Program-made: the position numbers and the translations under genes
Virus record (IMG/VR): IMGVR_UViG_3300027708_001637
DNA length: 64,000 bases
Source: a virus
Reading direction: 5' to 3' (one strand)
In this document: positions 19,701 to 27,758 of the stretch, in pieces
Layout of the letters: each line of letters begins with the position of its first letter
Position numbering within the stretch: position 1 is the stretch's first letter
The notes under the pieces: model-generated
Told to the model about the DNA's origin: nothing
Seen by the model: the letters and a program-made list of their open reading frames with translations, nothing else
Databases searched by the model: none

Positions 19701-22555
19701 TCAATATATGCAATAACTTCATCTTGCATATATCCCACATTTGCTAATAATGAACTGTACGCATCTTTTACATTATACAAATTGCTTGGTTTTCCGTTAG
19801 GTATAATATGATCAGTCCAACCAGTAGTATTTCCACTCAAAATGCTTGTAATAATACTAAACTCGCTATTTAGAATTGCAACTTCAGCAACAGTAGCAGA
19901 TTGATTTCCAGTATTTTGCACAGAATTAGAGTAACGTGGGAATCCTAAAAGTGCATCAGTAGCAGAAGTAACATTTTGTATTATTTTAACAGCAATCTTT
20001 TGCAAATATGAAACCGCAGCAGTAGCTGTAGTAAGTCCACTGCTGTAGGCAGGAGACACATATCCGCCCTTGGTAAAATATTGTTTACCTGCAAATGTCA
20101 TTTGACTATACGTTGATGTTGAATATAGTAAATCAGAAGCAATACTATCAACGATAATACCCGTGTCTCTTGCACATTTAATTTGGTTGTATGGGAGATA
20201 ACCTGGTCCGCCACTAATTAAATTTTGATTTATATAATTAATAGTATTTTCTTGAATAAATGTTCGATTAGCTTGCAATAATATTTCAGCACTAACATAA
20301 GCTGCATCAGGACCTTGACTATTATAAATTGCAGGGGCAGCAGATGGCCCATTATTAATAATGGTAGTAATAATATTAAACAAATTATCAATGCTAGGTA
20401 CTGCAACTGCACCGCCTATCATTACAGTATTTCTAACTTGATTAATAGATGGTAAATTTTCAACTGGTAATAATACTGTACAGGTAGTATTGACAACTAC
20501 TTTTTGAAGTAATGAATTTAAATAGTTGATAGCATTGGTTGTTTGAATTTCTCGACCAGCAATTAAACTAACAACACCGTCAAAATATGACTTTCCTACT
20601 TCAATGCTTTTTTCGTTTCCGCCAAATGCAACATCATATGAAACATTTTCAACTAAAATTCCAACATCTCTATAGAATAATGCTTGATCATAAACTAATG
20701 TTGGATAAGTTTGATTCAAATAAGAAACAACTTGCCATTGCAAGAATGGCTTGTTGGCTAACATTAATGTACGAGCATTAAAGAATCCAGGATTTTGATG
20801 CCCACTATCAATACTTTGTCCTAACTGTATACCAGTGGCATTAGTATATACCCAACGATCTTGAGTATCATCCATAATGTATGTATCATACAAGTTAGGA
20901 TTTGTTATTCCTAACAGTTCAGAAGATGTTGCAAGCACAGTTATATAATTTGTTAATGTTTGCAATGAACCAGTATATTGAGTACTACTACTATTTGTAC
21001 GTCCTGTATTAATAAACCCATTAATTGGTAAATTATTAAAGTTTACAACAATTGAAGTTGTATTTGCAACCCAAGTCCCTGTTCCTACCGCAAAAGGAAC
21101 TTGCACAGTTTCATCAGGCACAAACATTGTGCCATCATTTAACCAAGGACCAGATACGTTTGTACAGTTTTGAATATAAGGACTGTGGAATAAATCAATC
21201 CGTTGTCCTTCTGGCAATGGAGGGAACGCCGTAGCATAAGCACCTCTATTAAATCCATTAGCATATTGTCCTGGTAGTAAACCGCTACGACCATTTAAGA
21301 ATTGCATAAATGCCAAATAACATCCGCTATTCATATGGAACAAGTCTTGTGTTTTGTTGATAGGTTCAACTCCAGTTGTACGTAGATCAGAACCTACGAT
21401 ACTTGTGTATGGCTTTAATTGAATTGGATTATTTTCTAAATAGTGACCTGGTGCAACACGAATTTGTGTGCCTGATTGATAGTAAGGACTGTTAATTGCA
21501 CCTGTAATAGTACGGCAAGCACGGCTAGCATCTTGTGCTCGGCCATCATTAGTGTCGTCGCCGTCCATTGTAACGTATAGGATGTTTGTAACAACTGGCG
21601 CAGTACCAATTGGATTAGAACCGCGAGCACGAATCTCACCAAAAATATCAAGGACGCCACCATTGCCTGTATCAGGATAAGCGATACCGTTGTTAGGTGA
21701 TACGTTGATATTTCCTGAACTATTGCCAAGGAATTGAGTGTAAATTTTATTTAGATAGCTGGTCGCCCAAGTAGCACTAGAACTACCAATTGTTCCAGTA
21801 GCTGTATTGCCTGGATATACGCCGCCGCCTACGTAAACATCTTTGGCAATTCCAACACCGCCATCAATAATTACTGATCCGCTGTTTGTCGCAGTAGTTG
21901 TTGCCGTAGATGTAATATGTAAGTTATTAAGAGTTAATCTTCCTAAACTAGGATTATATGTAATATGTGTACGTGCATCTAGCGGTACATCAGTTACGCC
22001 AATAGCATCTCCGTAAAGATAATTAAATCCTAAATCTTGTAAATTTTGTGCCCCAGTGCTGCCGTTATGGGGAATTAATTTATTTGTAAATGCTGGATAA
22101 AATTCATCATTTACATCAGTGGATAATACCAATAATTGCGAACTAGTTGTGGCAGTGGATGCTTGACTAATTCTGCCGTAAATAATTCCACCTACAGACA
22201 AATCTTGTTCAATTCCAACTCCACCAGCAAAATATGTAGAAGCTTCTTGCCTCTCAACAGTTGTACTAAACAGAGCCGTACCGCCTGGTGGCAAACCATA
22301 ACCATCAATAACTGATACTACAGTGCCGCCAACTGTTAATGACCCGTTGACATAACTTTTTGCATATGGATTACAAATAGATCCAACGTTTTGACCATTT
22401 GGAAAACTAGTATAGCCGTTGATAACAGTTTGCCCAGTAATAAAAATACTGGTGTTAACAATATTAATAGACCCTGGATTATTTCCCGGCTGCGGAGCTG
22501 GCAATGGACCGCTACTTGGTGGTCTTTGGGTTGTACCTGATGTTCTTCCTGCCAT
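16703..22555 (-). CDS. Large virion structural protein (1950 aa) with a beta-helix-type start motif and helical repeats
   Basis: LYVTMDGDDTNDG...ACRTI..A...I.VAPGHY.E (pectate-lyase-like beta-helix start) and five RD.G..V..V..D...GGN helical repeats. AAGGA SD and a late promoter upstream. Confidence 0.7.
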   Translation of the reverse strand: MAGRTSGTTQRPPSSGPLPAPQPGNNPGSINIVNTSIFITGQTVINGYTSFPNGQNVGSICNPYAKSYVNGSLTVGGTVVSVIDGYGLPPGGTALFSTTVERQEASTYFAGGVGIEQDLSVGGIIYGRISQASTATTSSQLLVLSTDVNDEFYPAFTNKLIPHNGSTGAQNLQDLGFNYLYGDAIGVTDVPLDARTHITYNPSLGRLTLNNLHITSTATTTATNSGSVIIDGGVGIAKDVYVGGGVYPGNTATGTIGSSSATWATSYLNKIYTQFLGNSSGNINVSPNNGIAYPDTGNGGVLDIFGEIRARGSNPIGTAPVVTNILYVTMDGDDTNDGRAQDASRACRTITGAINSPYYQSGTQIRVAPGHYLENNPIQLKPYTSIVGSDLRTTGVEPINKTQDLFHMNSGCYLAFMQFLNGRSGLLPGQYANGFNRGAYATAFPPLPEGQRIDLFHSPYIQNCTNVSGPWLNDGTMFVPDETVQVPFAVGTGTWVANTTSIVVNFNNLPINGFINTGRTNSSSTQYTGSLQTLTNYITVLATSSELLGITNPNLYDTYIMDDTQDRWVYTNATGIQLGQSIDSGHQNPGFFNARTLMLANKPFLQWQVVSYLNQTYPTLVYDQALFYRDVGILVENVSYDVAFGGNEKSIEVGKSYFDGVVSLIAGREIQTTNAINYLNSLLQKVVVNTTCTVLLPVENLPSINQVRNTVMIGGAVAVPSIDNLFNIITTIINNGPSAAPAIYNSQGPDAAYVSAEILLQANRTFIQENTINYINQNLISGGPGYLPYNQIKCARDTGIIVDSIASDLLYSTSTYSQMTFAGKQYFTKGGYVSPAYSSGLTTATAAVSYLQKIAVKIIQNVTSATDALLGFPRYSNSVQNTGNQSATVAEVAILNSEFSIITSILSGNTTGWTDHIIPNGKPSNLYNVKDAYSSLLANVGYMQDEVIAYIDSLNPSFLDENNARTTYRRDLGYVVNSVAFDLLHGGNRQAIQSGLSYYSQDPGSSYIPGETPATVAAFSFLNTVINTIVTSNVYSYVPLQAKVSPITNLPLANSSVVPLINKGISTLTNILLNGPDGYVYTPINLTADTNINVINAYNIIEANKSFLVAETLAYINNTYNTGTFYYDQGYCYRDVGLMVDAVSQDILLGGNQKSIEAGLAYWNQGYNYIADELTTTTAAISYISAISQQIIANTPVTPQIGTISTQTINTFFSYGGNYMPQQAVARNYGIISNIINNGVSAAPPVYAGSGLYALTGINGLDVKFSPVVTYIGTLSSTQYLIGLNQPTIGFGNNASLYFGDTHVYPLQDLQVNKLSLQQTGSESSWDQRKVDPIGGMGGSLVDGAVISDRSPIQSFVYDAFTQLTQGGVGIHITNNGYAQLVSVFTIFSSVGVQVDNGGIASIVNSNANFGDLCLVAKGYGKRAFSGTVYNPLFRAYPFNPLVAGDTNSGLDQYYPNGYWPNRGTVEVFVPDTANRPHISLVMEVVPPDHYLSEYNSPELAANGVVLEGFLNAKPNTGTLVAGTINLVDIDTTDVYINNKLYIVDQFGYPYDHFSYLHDDFGNPVDTHGNSTSTYYTNPAQGIWYCATGTYVTDINFNSISLNHPLTSGANFSFNNGYFTLYFCGNAYYTVQTSTVADNPYKLGTNILTANNDPKYQGPAVSQITQHADALRRMNLTIDSIINNTAIDRSAGNTVTQTFESNFGSTGALAKDFIDLRFGYLTAIITATNINAALSVVPSNAITQNGVIPNGAADAITLIRENILLIGAEVYAYTQATYPGLLDGSNSTGQKLKCQRDVELICQQLIYDLETGGNYNMIYSGLSYWSRPGTYHIVELGEAVTDTELFKDGSTVNFYQRSYISASGYVFEYVGAGSNYGALPQVGQSDPVQKRETVQLNSGKVFFTSTDQNGDFRIGPNLVISQATGVISGRTFTQSLFANMTPFILAIEAL

Positions 22556-22572
22556 TTTATATTCCTTTAGAG

Positions 22573-22580
22573 TATTTATT
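22573..22580 (-). promoter_or_regulatory. Late promoter AATAAATA
   Basis: TAAATA box 17 nt upstream of the ATG at 22555, followed by an AAGGA SD. Confidence 0.7.
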
Positions 22581-22583
22581 GGA

Positions 22584-23126
22584 TTATGTGATCTGAAGTT
22601 GAATTGACTTCAAAGAGGGCACAGTTTTATGTGGCCAATGAGGATGACTTTGATACCTCACTGTAATTCCAAAACTTGGATCACTAATCGTCTCTCTTGT
22701 TAAATTTTTAACACCCCAATTGTCGGATACTCCGCCATAATTAGTAATTGGTGCTAATAAACTTGCTCCTGATCTAGGATCTATAATGCCTGCTGGTTTA
22801 TTGTTACCAATCAACTCCCCTTGATACGTAAGTTGAATAGTATCATCTACAATTCTGCCACCGCGGTCCATAATAATTATTGCTGATATACCTGTTATAA
22901 CATCAGGCAAATTATTAAAATTAAAACCGGTACATTCTAAATACCAAGTCTTATAAGTTAGGTCAAGTTTTGGACTACGTGCAATATGATATAACGGTGC
23001 CACTGTTTCTATATTAGCCAACGGATCAGAAGAAAGATATGCAAAATTTACATCTTGCCAAGCAATATTTTGTTCTGCTTCGGCATATTGTCTGATAGTG
23101 GAAGGACGGGACAACGTAGTAGTCAT
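22584..23126 (-). CDS. Hypothetical protein (180 aa), probably virion-associated
   Basis: Clean ORF with its own late promoter 4 nt before the ATG. Confidence 0.6.
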   Translation of the reverse strand: MTTTLSRPSTIRQYAEAEQNIAWQDVNFAYLSSDPLANIETVAPLYHIARSPKLDLTYKTWYLECTGFNFNNLPDVITGISAIIIMDRGGRIVDDTIQLTYQGELIGNNKPAGIIDPRSGASLLAPITNYGGVSDNWGVKNLTRETISDPSFGITVRYQSHPHWPHKTVPSLKSIQLQIT

Positions 23127-23130
23127 CCTG

Positions 23131-23138
23131 TATTTACC
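23131..23138 (-). promoter_or_regulatory. Late promoter GGTAAATA (second TAAATA at 23144-23149)
   Basis: TAAATA ends 4 nt before the ATG at 23126, downstream of a terminator. Confidence 0.6.
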
Positions 23139-23163
23139 TAAATTATTTACTATGCATTAAATG

Positions 23164-23188
23164 AAAAAAGGCTCCGAAGAGCCTTTTT
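23164..23188 (-). terminator. Intrinsic terminator with a C(UUCG)G tetraloop
   Basis: AAAAAGGCTC-TTCG-GAGCCTTTTTT on the minus strand after the 475-aa gene. Confidence 0.9.
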
Positions 23189-23203
23189 ATAATCGTCAAA
23201 CTA

Positions 23204-24631
23204 TTAAGCGTTTTGGATTTTTACAGTGCCAAGTACGCCGGTAGATGGAGCAGTGGCAGTGCCAAATGTCCAACCAACGTGCTGCGGTTCGTTGCCCAAT
23301 GGACCGCCTAATGGGAAATCAGGAGTACCATCACCTTTTGGATAAACTGTTGCACGGTGTGTAGTTAGTTTAGTAACCCAATAGTTTGCAGTAGTAGTAT
23401 GGTCAGTAGCAGTAATATATGCTTCGCCAACAGCTGGACTATTACTAGCGACTAATTTAACTGTAGCAATACCGTCTGCGGTACGAACTTGATAACGGCT
23501 GCTACCTTTTTGCTTGATAATATCACCAATCTTTGCGCCAGCACCAGTTGTATTGGCATAGATGATAATAGCATTTTCTTGATTAGTTGCAGCATTTTGA
23601 TCAGTACCTACATTATTACCAGAACCTAAGAAGCCGCCACTGTCAGTTGTTAATACTGCGGCGCCTGTTGCGCGAACTTCGCTACCAGACACTGTTGAGA
23701 ATGTTGGAAGTGCGTCTGCTACAGTAGTATAACCAGAACCTTTTTGTGCAATTTCAACAGTCTTAACACCGTAGTATACATCCATCTGAGCAGCAACACT
23801 TGGAGTTGCACCAGATACTCTAGTTACTGATACGTGTGCTGGACTAACTGCTGTGTAGTCACCTGCTGTTACTAGTTCAATGTCACCAATGCCCCATACA
23901 ACATTAATACGAGCGCCGGAACCGTTTGTATCACCAGAACCTTGTCCGTATGCTGGATAACCATTGTGCTGACCGTCAGCACCTGCTGTACTACGTGTGT
24001 TATCACTTGTTAGGTCAAAGTATGCTGGAGGAGTGCCTGTACCTGTCCAACGTCCGCTAGCGGCCACTGTTCCACTAATAAACGAATGATCATTGCCTGC
24101 GGTTGTGCCTGTTGTTGCTGGGAAAATTCTAAATGGGCTTGCCCAGTTTGTGCTGTTACCACCGTTGCTATTGTAACTATCAAGTACAATAGATTCTGTG
24201 CCATCGTAGTTGTTATTACCTTCACCTTCGGTATCTTTTGAAGGGTCAACTAAGAATGATTGAACACGTAAACTTGTTACGCGGAAAGTTGCCGTGGTGC
24301 CTGTGCCTGCGATACTAAAAATATCGCCAACTTGATATCCTTGACCTGCTGCCCACACTGTTGCTGTTGTTGCTTGAACATGAGTTACTGAACCTGTGGC
24401 TTGTACTCCGCCCGGAATATCAGGTGTAGAAAATGTAACTGCTGGAATACGTGCTAAGTAAGAACCAATATTACCGCTGCCAAAGTCGACGTTAGCAACA
24501 CCTTCGCCGCCGATGCCGTCATCTCCGCCGCGTCTGGTAATATTGCCGTTTCCGTCTTTAGTAACGCCTTGGGCACCACCGGTACCAATGTTGCGATTAC
24601 CAAAATATTTTTTATTTAAAGGACGTCCCAT
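23204..24631 (-). CDS. Virion structural protein downstream of MCP (475 aa), possible head decoration protein
   Basis: MGRPLNKKYFG start, V...GQGY / I..KGSGYT repeats, AAGGAG SD, own late promoter and terminator. Confidence 0.65.
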   Translation of the reverse strand: MGRPLNKKYFGNRNIGTGGAQGVTKDGNGNITRRGGDDGIGGEGVANVDFGSGNIGSYLARIPAVTFSTPDIPGGVQATGSVTHVQATTATVWAAGQGYQVGDIFSIAGTGTTATFRVTSLRVQSFLVDPSKDTEGEGNNNYDGTESIVLDSYNSNGGNSTNWASPFRIFPATTGTTAGNDHSFISGTVAASGRWTGTGTPPAYFDLTSDNTRSTAGADGQHNGYPAYGQGSGDTNGSGARINVVWGIGDIELVTAGDYTAVSPAHVSVTRVSGATPSVAAQMDVYYGVKTVEIAQKGSGYTTVADALPTFSTVSGSEVRATGAAVLTTDSGGFLGSGNNVGTDQNAATNQENAIIIYANTTGAGAKIGDIIKQKGSSRYQVRTADGIATVKLVASNSPAVGEAYITATDHTTTANYWVTKLTTHRATVYPKGDGTPDFPLGGPLGNEPQHVGWTFGTATAPSTGVLGTVKIQNA

Positions 24632-24715
24632 TTTATTTTCTCCTTAAGAAATTATGACGTTTTAGGTCATACGCGGTTGGATTTCCGCATAAGATTTACC
24701 CAATGTAAATCGTAC
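24632..24715 (-). promoter_or_regulatory. Structured 5' leader (three tandem hairpins) of the 475-aa gene
   Basis: Stems GATTTAC/GTAAATC, TATGCGG/CCGCGTA and TATGAC/GTCATA lie between the late promoter and the SD. Confidence 0.6.
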
Positions 24716-24719
24716 TCTA

Positions 24720-24727
24720 TATTTATG
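24720..24727 (-). promoter_or_regulatory. Late promoter CATAAATA
   Basis: TAAATA box just downstream of the MCP terminator. Confidence 0.65.
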
Positions 24728-24745
24728 TTGTATATTATTTTAGTC

Positions 24746-24776
24746 AACAAAAAACCCTCCGAAGAGGGTTTTTGTT
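24746..24776 (-). terminator. Intrinsic terminator of the head operon, C(UUCG)G loop
   Basis: AAAAACCCTC-TTCG-GAGGGTTTTTT on the minus strand just after the MCP stop. Confidence 0.9.
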
Positions 24777-24798
24777 TTTAGTAAGTCTAATTAATAGA

Positions 24799-25977
24799 TT
24801 ACTGGAAGCTAACTGTAGCAGAGTTAATTTGAACTTTGCTTAGGTAGTCAGCAGCGTTACCTAAAGAACTAGCAGTATTATTGAGTTCCACATATCCATA
24901 ACGGGTTAGGAAGCCAACAACTGGTTCGAAGGTAGCTGGGTCAAGAACAACACCGGAACTCATCAACGGAATGTATGGGCAATAGAACGCAGCAGCATCT
25001 GCTTCGCTAGTACCTTTGTATCCAACCAATACTTGGTTGCTGTCGTTGCCTAGGTCGTTCAAGTAAGCGTCAACATAAATCTTCATAGCGCCATTCAATG
25101 TACCAACAAACTTGGTGTTAGTTGGAGCTTCGAATGTACCTTCTGTAGTACGAGCAAAAGCGCTAGTAGTAGCAGATTGTAGAATTGTCAATGCTTGGTT
25201 AGAAACAACAGCCCAGTTACCAGCACCACGACGTGTACGCTGAGCAATTAAGTTAGCAACACGGTTGATTTGGATAGCTAGAGCAGCGTGCTCGTCACCG
25301 ACGAATGTAGCAGTACCGCTAACTAAAGATTGATCATAAGTTTGATCAACTGTAGCCAAGCTACGTAGACTGTACAAGATTTCTTGGTCGATTTCAGCAG
25401 TAATTTCTTGTGCTAAAGCAGCCATGATTTCTGCTTCGATGTCAATACCTTGTTGGGCTTGTGCATCTTGAGCAGCTTCAAAAGTCCAGCGAGCGCTTAG
25501 TTTACGAGACTTAGCTTCAACTGGTGCTTTCAAGATTTGGATGCTCATTCTGTTACCAGGAGTTCCTTCAAGTGCACTTGTAGAAGCAGCACCTGGATTG
25601 CCATCATTGGCGTTACCAGAATATGCTTGAGCAATCTTGAATGGGCTCAATGCTTCTTCACCAGCTACAACGTTAGCTGCGGTATCAGCGTAGCGAACAC
25701 GTAGAGTGTGAATTTGACCAACTGGACCAGTCATTGGCTGAACGCCGATGATTTCGTTGGCGATAACTGTTGGCATAACACGACGGATAACAGGAAGAAT
25801 AACACGGTTAAGTGTTGCAATGTTACCAGCGGAAGTACCACCAGAGGTTGCGCTTTCAGCCAAATACTTACGTGTGTTTTCTAAGCATACATTCATGCTT
25901 GCACGACGAGTACCAGATAGGCCTTCAAGCAGAGCGTCTTTGGTCTCTGACCATCTTTCATTTAATAGTTGTGACAT
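24799..25977 (-). CDS. gp23: Major capsid protein, T4 gp23-like (392 aa, short form)
   Basis: LPVIRRVMPTVIANEIIGVQPMTGPVGQI, SRKLSARWTFEAAQD, EITAEIDQEI, FYCPYIPL, FLTRYG. AAGGAG SD. Likely gp21 cleavage at L39-A40-E41. Confidence 0.97.
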   Translation of the reverse strand: MSQLLNERWSETKDALLEGLSGTRRASMNVCLENTRKYLAESATSGGTSAGNIATLNRVILPVIRRVMPTVIANEIIGVQPMTGPVGQIHTLRVRYADTAANVVAGEEALSPFKIAQAYSGNANDGNPGAASTSALEGTPGNRMSIQILKAPVEAKSRKLSARWTFEAAQDAQAQQGIDIEAEIMAALAQEITAEIDQEILYSLRSLATVDQTYDQSLVSGTATFVGDEHAALAIQINRVANLIAQRTRRGAGNWAVVSNQALTILQSATTSAFARTTEGTFEAPTNTKFVGTLNGAMKIYVDAYLNDLGNDSNQVLVGYKGTSEADAAAFYCPYIPLMSSGVVLDPATFEPVVGFLTRYGYVELNNTASSLGNAADYLSKVQINSATVSFQ

Positions 25978-26001
25978 TTTATTTGTCTCCTTGAATATAA
26001 A

Positions 26002-27099
26002 TTATTTTAAACCCGCCAATTTGCGGATATCTAAAATGTTGTCTACTGAGCCTACCTCGGCTTTATTTGATTCACGATTTCCAGTTACGGCAGCACCTTC
26101 ACTTAGCATAGTCTTTTTAGGGCTAGTTCTATGTGATTGTCCTTCCATCACTGCTGGTAGGTATTTGTCGAAAGATTCATTAAGTTTTTGTGTCTGTACA
26201 GACTCCAAAAGTTCTTTCATAATCTCTCTCTTATCGGCACCTAATGGAGCCAACAACTCGCTCATAACAGCTTTGCGTTCCATCAAATCTTTAGTAACGC
26301 GAAGATCACGTTTTACTGATTCAACAAGGTTTGCTTTTTCTGCTACGACCTGTTTTGCTTCTGCTAATTCTTGTTCCTTACGTTTGATAATCTGTAACAA
26401 TTTACTTGTTTCAGATTTTTCATTTAAGTAAGAACCAGCAAATTCTTGTGCAAATGCTTCATAAATCTTACGACCAAAGTCATTATTACGTGCGCCGTCG
26501 ATGTCTTCTTTCAATTGCTTGATTTCAGTTGTCAACTTCTTAGTAACCGTGCTTTCAACAACCTTAGCGGCACGTTGAATGAAACTCTGCTTAATTTCAC
26601 CAAACTTGCTTTTAGCTTCGCGGACTAACTTAACTTTCGTTTCAGCTAGATCACGTTTGTCTGTGGCAAATTCACTGATCTCTTTAGCTAGAGCGTGAAC
26701 TACGAATTGCTCTAACTTGCCAAAATTCTCGCTGACTTTTTGACGGTCACTTTGAAATTCAACTAATTCTTTTCCTAACTGCTTGATAACAAAACCTTCT
26801 AACTTTTTAGCATCTTCAGCAATACGTTGTTTGTATGCTTGCTTTGCTTCAGCTAGTGCTTTTTTGTCTTCATGCAATTCTCCCATCTCAGCGGTCAAGC
26901 GGTCACTTAACATCTTGTCGATTGCTTCTACCATCATGGTTTTATCATGATTGTATTTTTGTGCAAACTCTTCACGAAGTTCAGCTGTTACTTGGTCGCG
27001 TGTTTCTTGAATTTTAGTCGCAAATGCAGCTTCAACAACTTGAGTTGTCTCTTCTGTCATTACGCCTGACTCAACTAATTGTTTGAATGCGTCCAACAT
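26002..27099 (-). CDS. gp22: Prohead core scaffolding protein, gp22-like (365 aa)
   Basis: Long coiled-coil E/K/A-rich protein between the protease and MCP, in T4 gene order. Confidence 0.85.
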   Translation of the reverse strand: MLDAFKQLVESGVMTEETTQVVEAAFATKIQETRDQVTAELREEFAQKYNHDKTMMVEAIDKMLSDRLTAEMGELHEDKKALAEAKQAYKQRIAEDAKKLEGFVIKQLGKELVEFQSDRQKVSENFGKLEQFVVHALAKEISEFATDKRDLAETKVKLVREAKSKFGEIKQSFIQRAAKVVESTVTKKLTTEIKQLKEDIDGARNNDFGRKIYEAFAQEFAGSYLNEKSETSKLLQIIKRKEQELAEAKQVVAEKANLVESVKRDLRVTKDLMERKAVMSELLAPLGADKREIMKELLESVQTQKLNESFDKYLPAVMEGQSHRTSPKKTMLSEGAAVTGNRESNKAEVGSVDNILDIRKLAGLK

Positions 27100-27115
27100 T
27101 GTTTTCTCCTCGGGC

Positions 27116-27745
27116 TTAATTTAGACCTTTAATAATATTCAAGAGACTCTCTTGAAGATATTTCTGGGCCTTTGGATCTTCTTTTACTTCTTGTGCTACA
27201 CGGAAAGCCCTAGCACCGCCACGAGCATTCATTAAATGTTCGTAAACTGGTGTAGGGTATGCTCCGGGTGCGCTTGGTTGAGCAACTACGTCTACTGTGA
27301 TAATCTCGAAATCGGATACATGGCCGTTCATGTCGTTAACATTGCCACTACCACGAGAACTTACGCCAAGTTTTACACCTGCTTCGAGCATAGTACGTAC
27401 TAAGTTACCCATTGGAGTAGGAAGGATTTTCATCTTTCCATATCCATTAGGACCTTCCATCCACATTTGAGTAATCATATGGGATACGCGGTCCAAATTC
27501 ACCTTTAAATCATCAGGATGATCCACTTCACCTAATACACTATAACCATTTTTAATTTGGTCCATTAGTGTACTAACTGCACGATCAATTTCATCTACTG
27601 GGTAGATTCTTTGATTTGCATTACGTATGCCACCTTGAATGGCAATACCTTTTAGATAAAGATTTTTGCCATCTTTGTCATCCGACTCCATAACGATGCC
27701 AGATTGATCAAAGCTAAGATGTTCACGTAAGTAAGAATATTTCAT
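27116..27745 (-). CDS. gp21: Prohead protease, gp21-like (209 aa)
   Basis: LKGIAIQGGIRNAN.R.YP, LGEVDHP (catalytic His), LGVSSRGSG (catalytic Ser), DVVAQPSAPGAY. Confidence 0.95.
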   Translation of the reverse strand: MKYSYLREHLSFDQSGIVMESDDKDGKNLYLKGIAIQGGIRNANQRIYPVDEIDRAVSTLMDQIKNGYSVLGEVDHPDDLKVNLDRVSHMITQMWMEGPNGYGKMKILPTPMGNLVRTMLEAGVKLGVSSRGSGNVNDMNGHVSDFEIITVDVVAQPSAPGAYPTPVYEHLMNARGGARAFRVAQEVKEDPKAQKYLQESLLNIIKGLN

Positions 27746-27758
27746 CCTGTTTCTCTAA

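Noticed and set aside
24725-24750. TTGACT upstream of the late box as a sigma70 promoter
   Set aside because: The sequence at -10 spacing (AAATAT/TAAATA) is a poor sigma70 match, and the late box explains the site.
25748-26431. 227-aa antisense ORF over gp23/gp22
   Set aside because: Shadow ORF from the codon bias of highly expressed genes on the other strand.
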